Of a DNA stretch of 64,000 nt, positions 63,468 to 64,000 are shown one piece after another. Source of the stretch: Mobula hypostoma (Eukaryota); assembly GCF_963921235.1 (NCBI RefSeq), contig NC_086097.1, positions 27,778,001-27,842,000 on the forward strand, in the 5' to 3' direction. Position 1 is the first letter of the stretch. The number at the start of each line of letters is the position of its first letter. A model generated the notes under the pieces. That model was not told where the DNA came from and searched no databases. It saw nothing but the letters and a program-made list of their open reading frames with translations. Both the position numbers and the translations under genes were made by a program.

Positions 63468-64000
63468 CAGTCGGCCCTTCTTATCCACGAGTTCCACATA
63501 CATGAATTCAATCAACCGCGAATCGAGAAAACCCGGAAGTGCTCTTCCAGCACTTGTTGTTCGAGCATGTACAGACTTCTTTTTCTTGTCATTATTCCCT
63601 AAACAATGCAGTATAACAACTATTTTACATGGCATTTACATTCATTAGGTATTATAAGTAATCTAGAGACGATTTAAAGTATACGGGAGGATGTGTGTAG
63701 GTTATTGTGGAGCGGGATCGAAAAAAAAACGGAAGTTCTCTTACTAAGTAAGTTGGAACAGGTACATCTGGTATTATTTAGCGTCAGTTAGTCAAACGTT
63801 TGTCTTAGTATATACTTTATCTTTCTATGCATATAAAACACTTAAGAAACGTATGTTTCAGCACCGGGCTCGAGTTTGATCCAGTGACAGACCGCTCCTG
63901 AGCACGCTGTCCATGCCTGCCGGGTTGATGTGAAGGATCAAAAACCCAAACCCAAAAATTAAACCACTGCGTTGCTTAGTAATAATTGTAGCTTTAATCG
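63468..64000 (+). mobile_element. Tigger3/MER2-like DNA transposon end, running off the window
   Basis: TA|CAGTCGGCCCTTCTTATCC terminus; internal CTTGTCATTATTCCCTAAACAATGCAGTATAACAACTA...TAGGTATTATAAGTAATCTAGAG matches the recalled MER2/Tigger3 consensus. Confidence 0.75.

Overview
This is vertebrate genomic DNA, not prokaryotic. The repeat complement (CR1 LINEs with esterase ORF1, Rex1/Babar, V-SINE, Penelope-derived hairpins, Tc1 and Tigger) suggests a cartilaginous fish, probably a ray or shark; this is inference. Two minus-strand genes lie in the same order I recall for human: the last three coding exons of RPS6KA5/MSK1 (62284-62443, 48250-48413, 36886-37125, with matching splice phases), then the CpG-rich promoter and first coding exon of TTC7B (4932-5052). 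Most of the rest is decayed, often nested transposable elements. The best leads are: (1) Penelope-derived hairpin insertions with TSDs and degenerate minimal hammerhead-ribozyme motifs, some sense to the putative RPS6KA5 3'UTR; (2) a ~255-bp Rex1-tail element with an identical 5' end at two independent insertion sites; (3) a Tigger derivative with a ~230-bp internal palindrome whose second copy breaks at the hairpin apex with an adjacent deletion; (4) a DNA-transposon end closely resembling mammalian MER2/Tigger3; (5) a possible ~17.6-kb RPS6KA5 3'UTR ending next to a CTCF-like site; (6) a 39/78-bp higher-order repeat and a 1.6-kb pure-purine tract flanking TTC7B exon 1. All homology calls come from recalled family motifs, not database searches. 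Boundaries of old elements are approximate.
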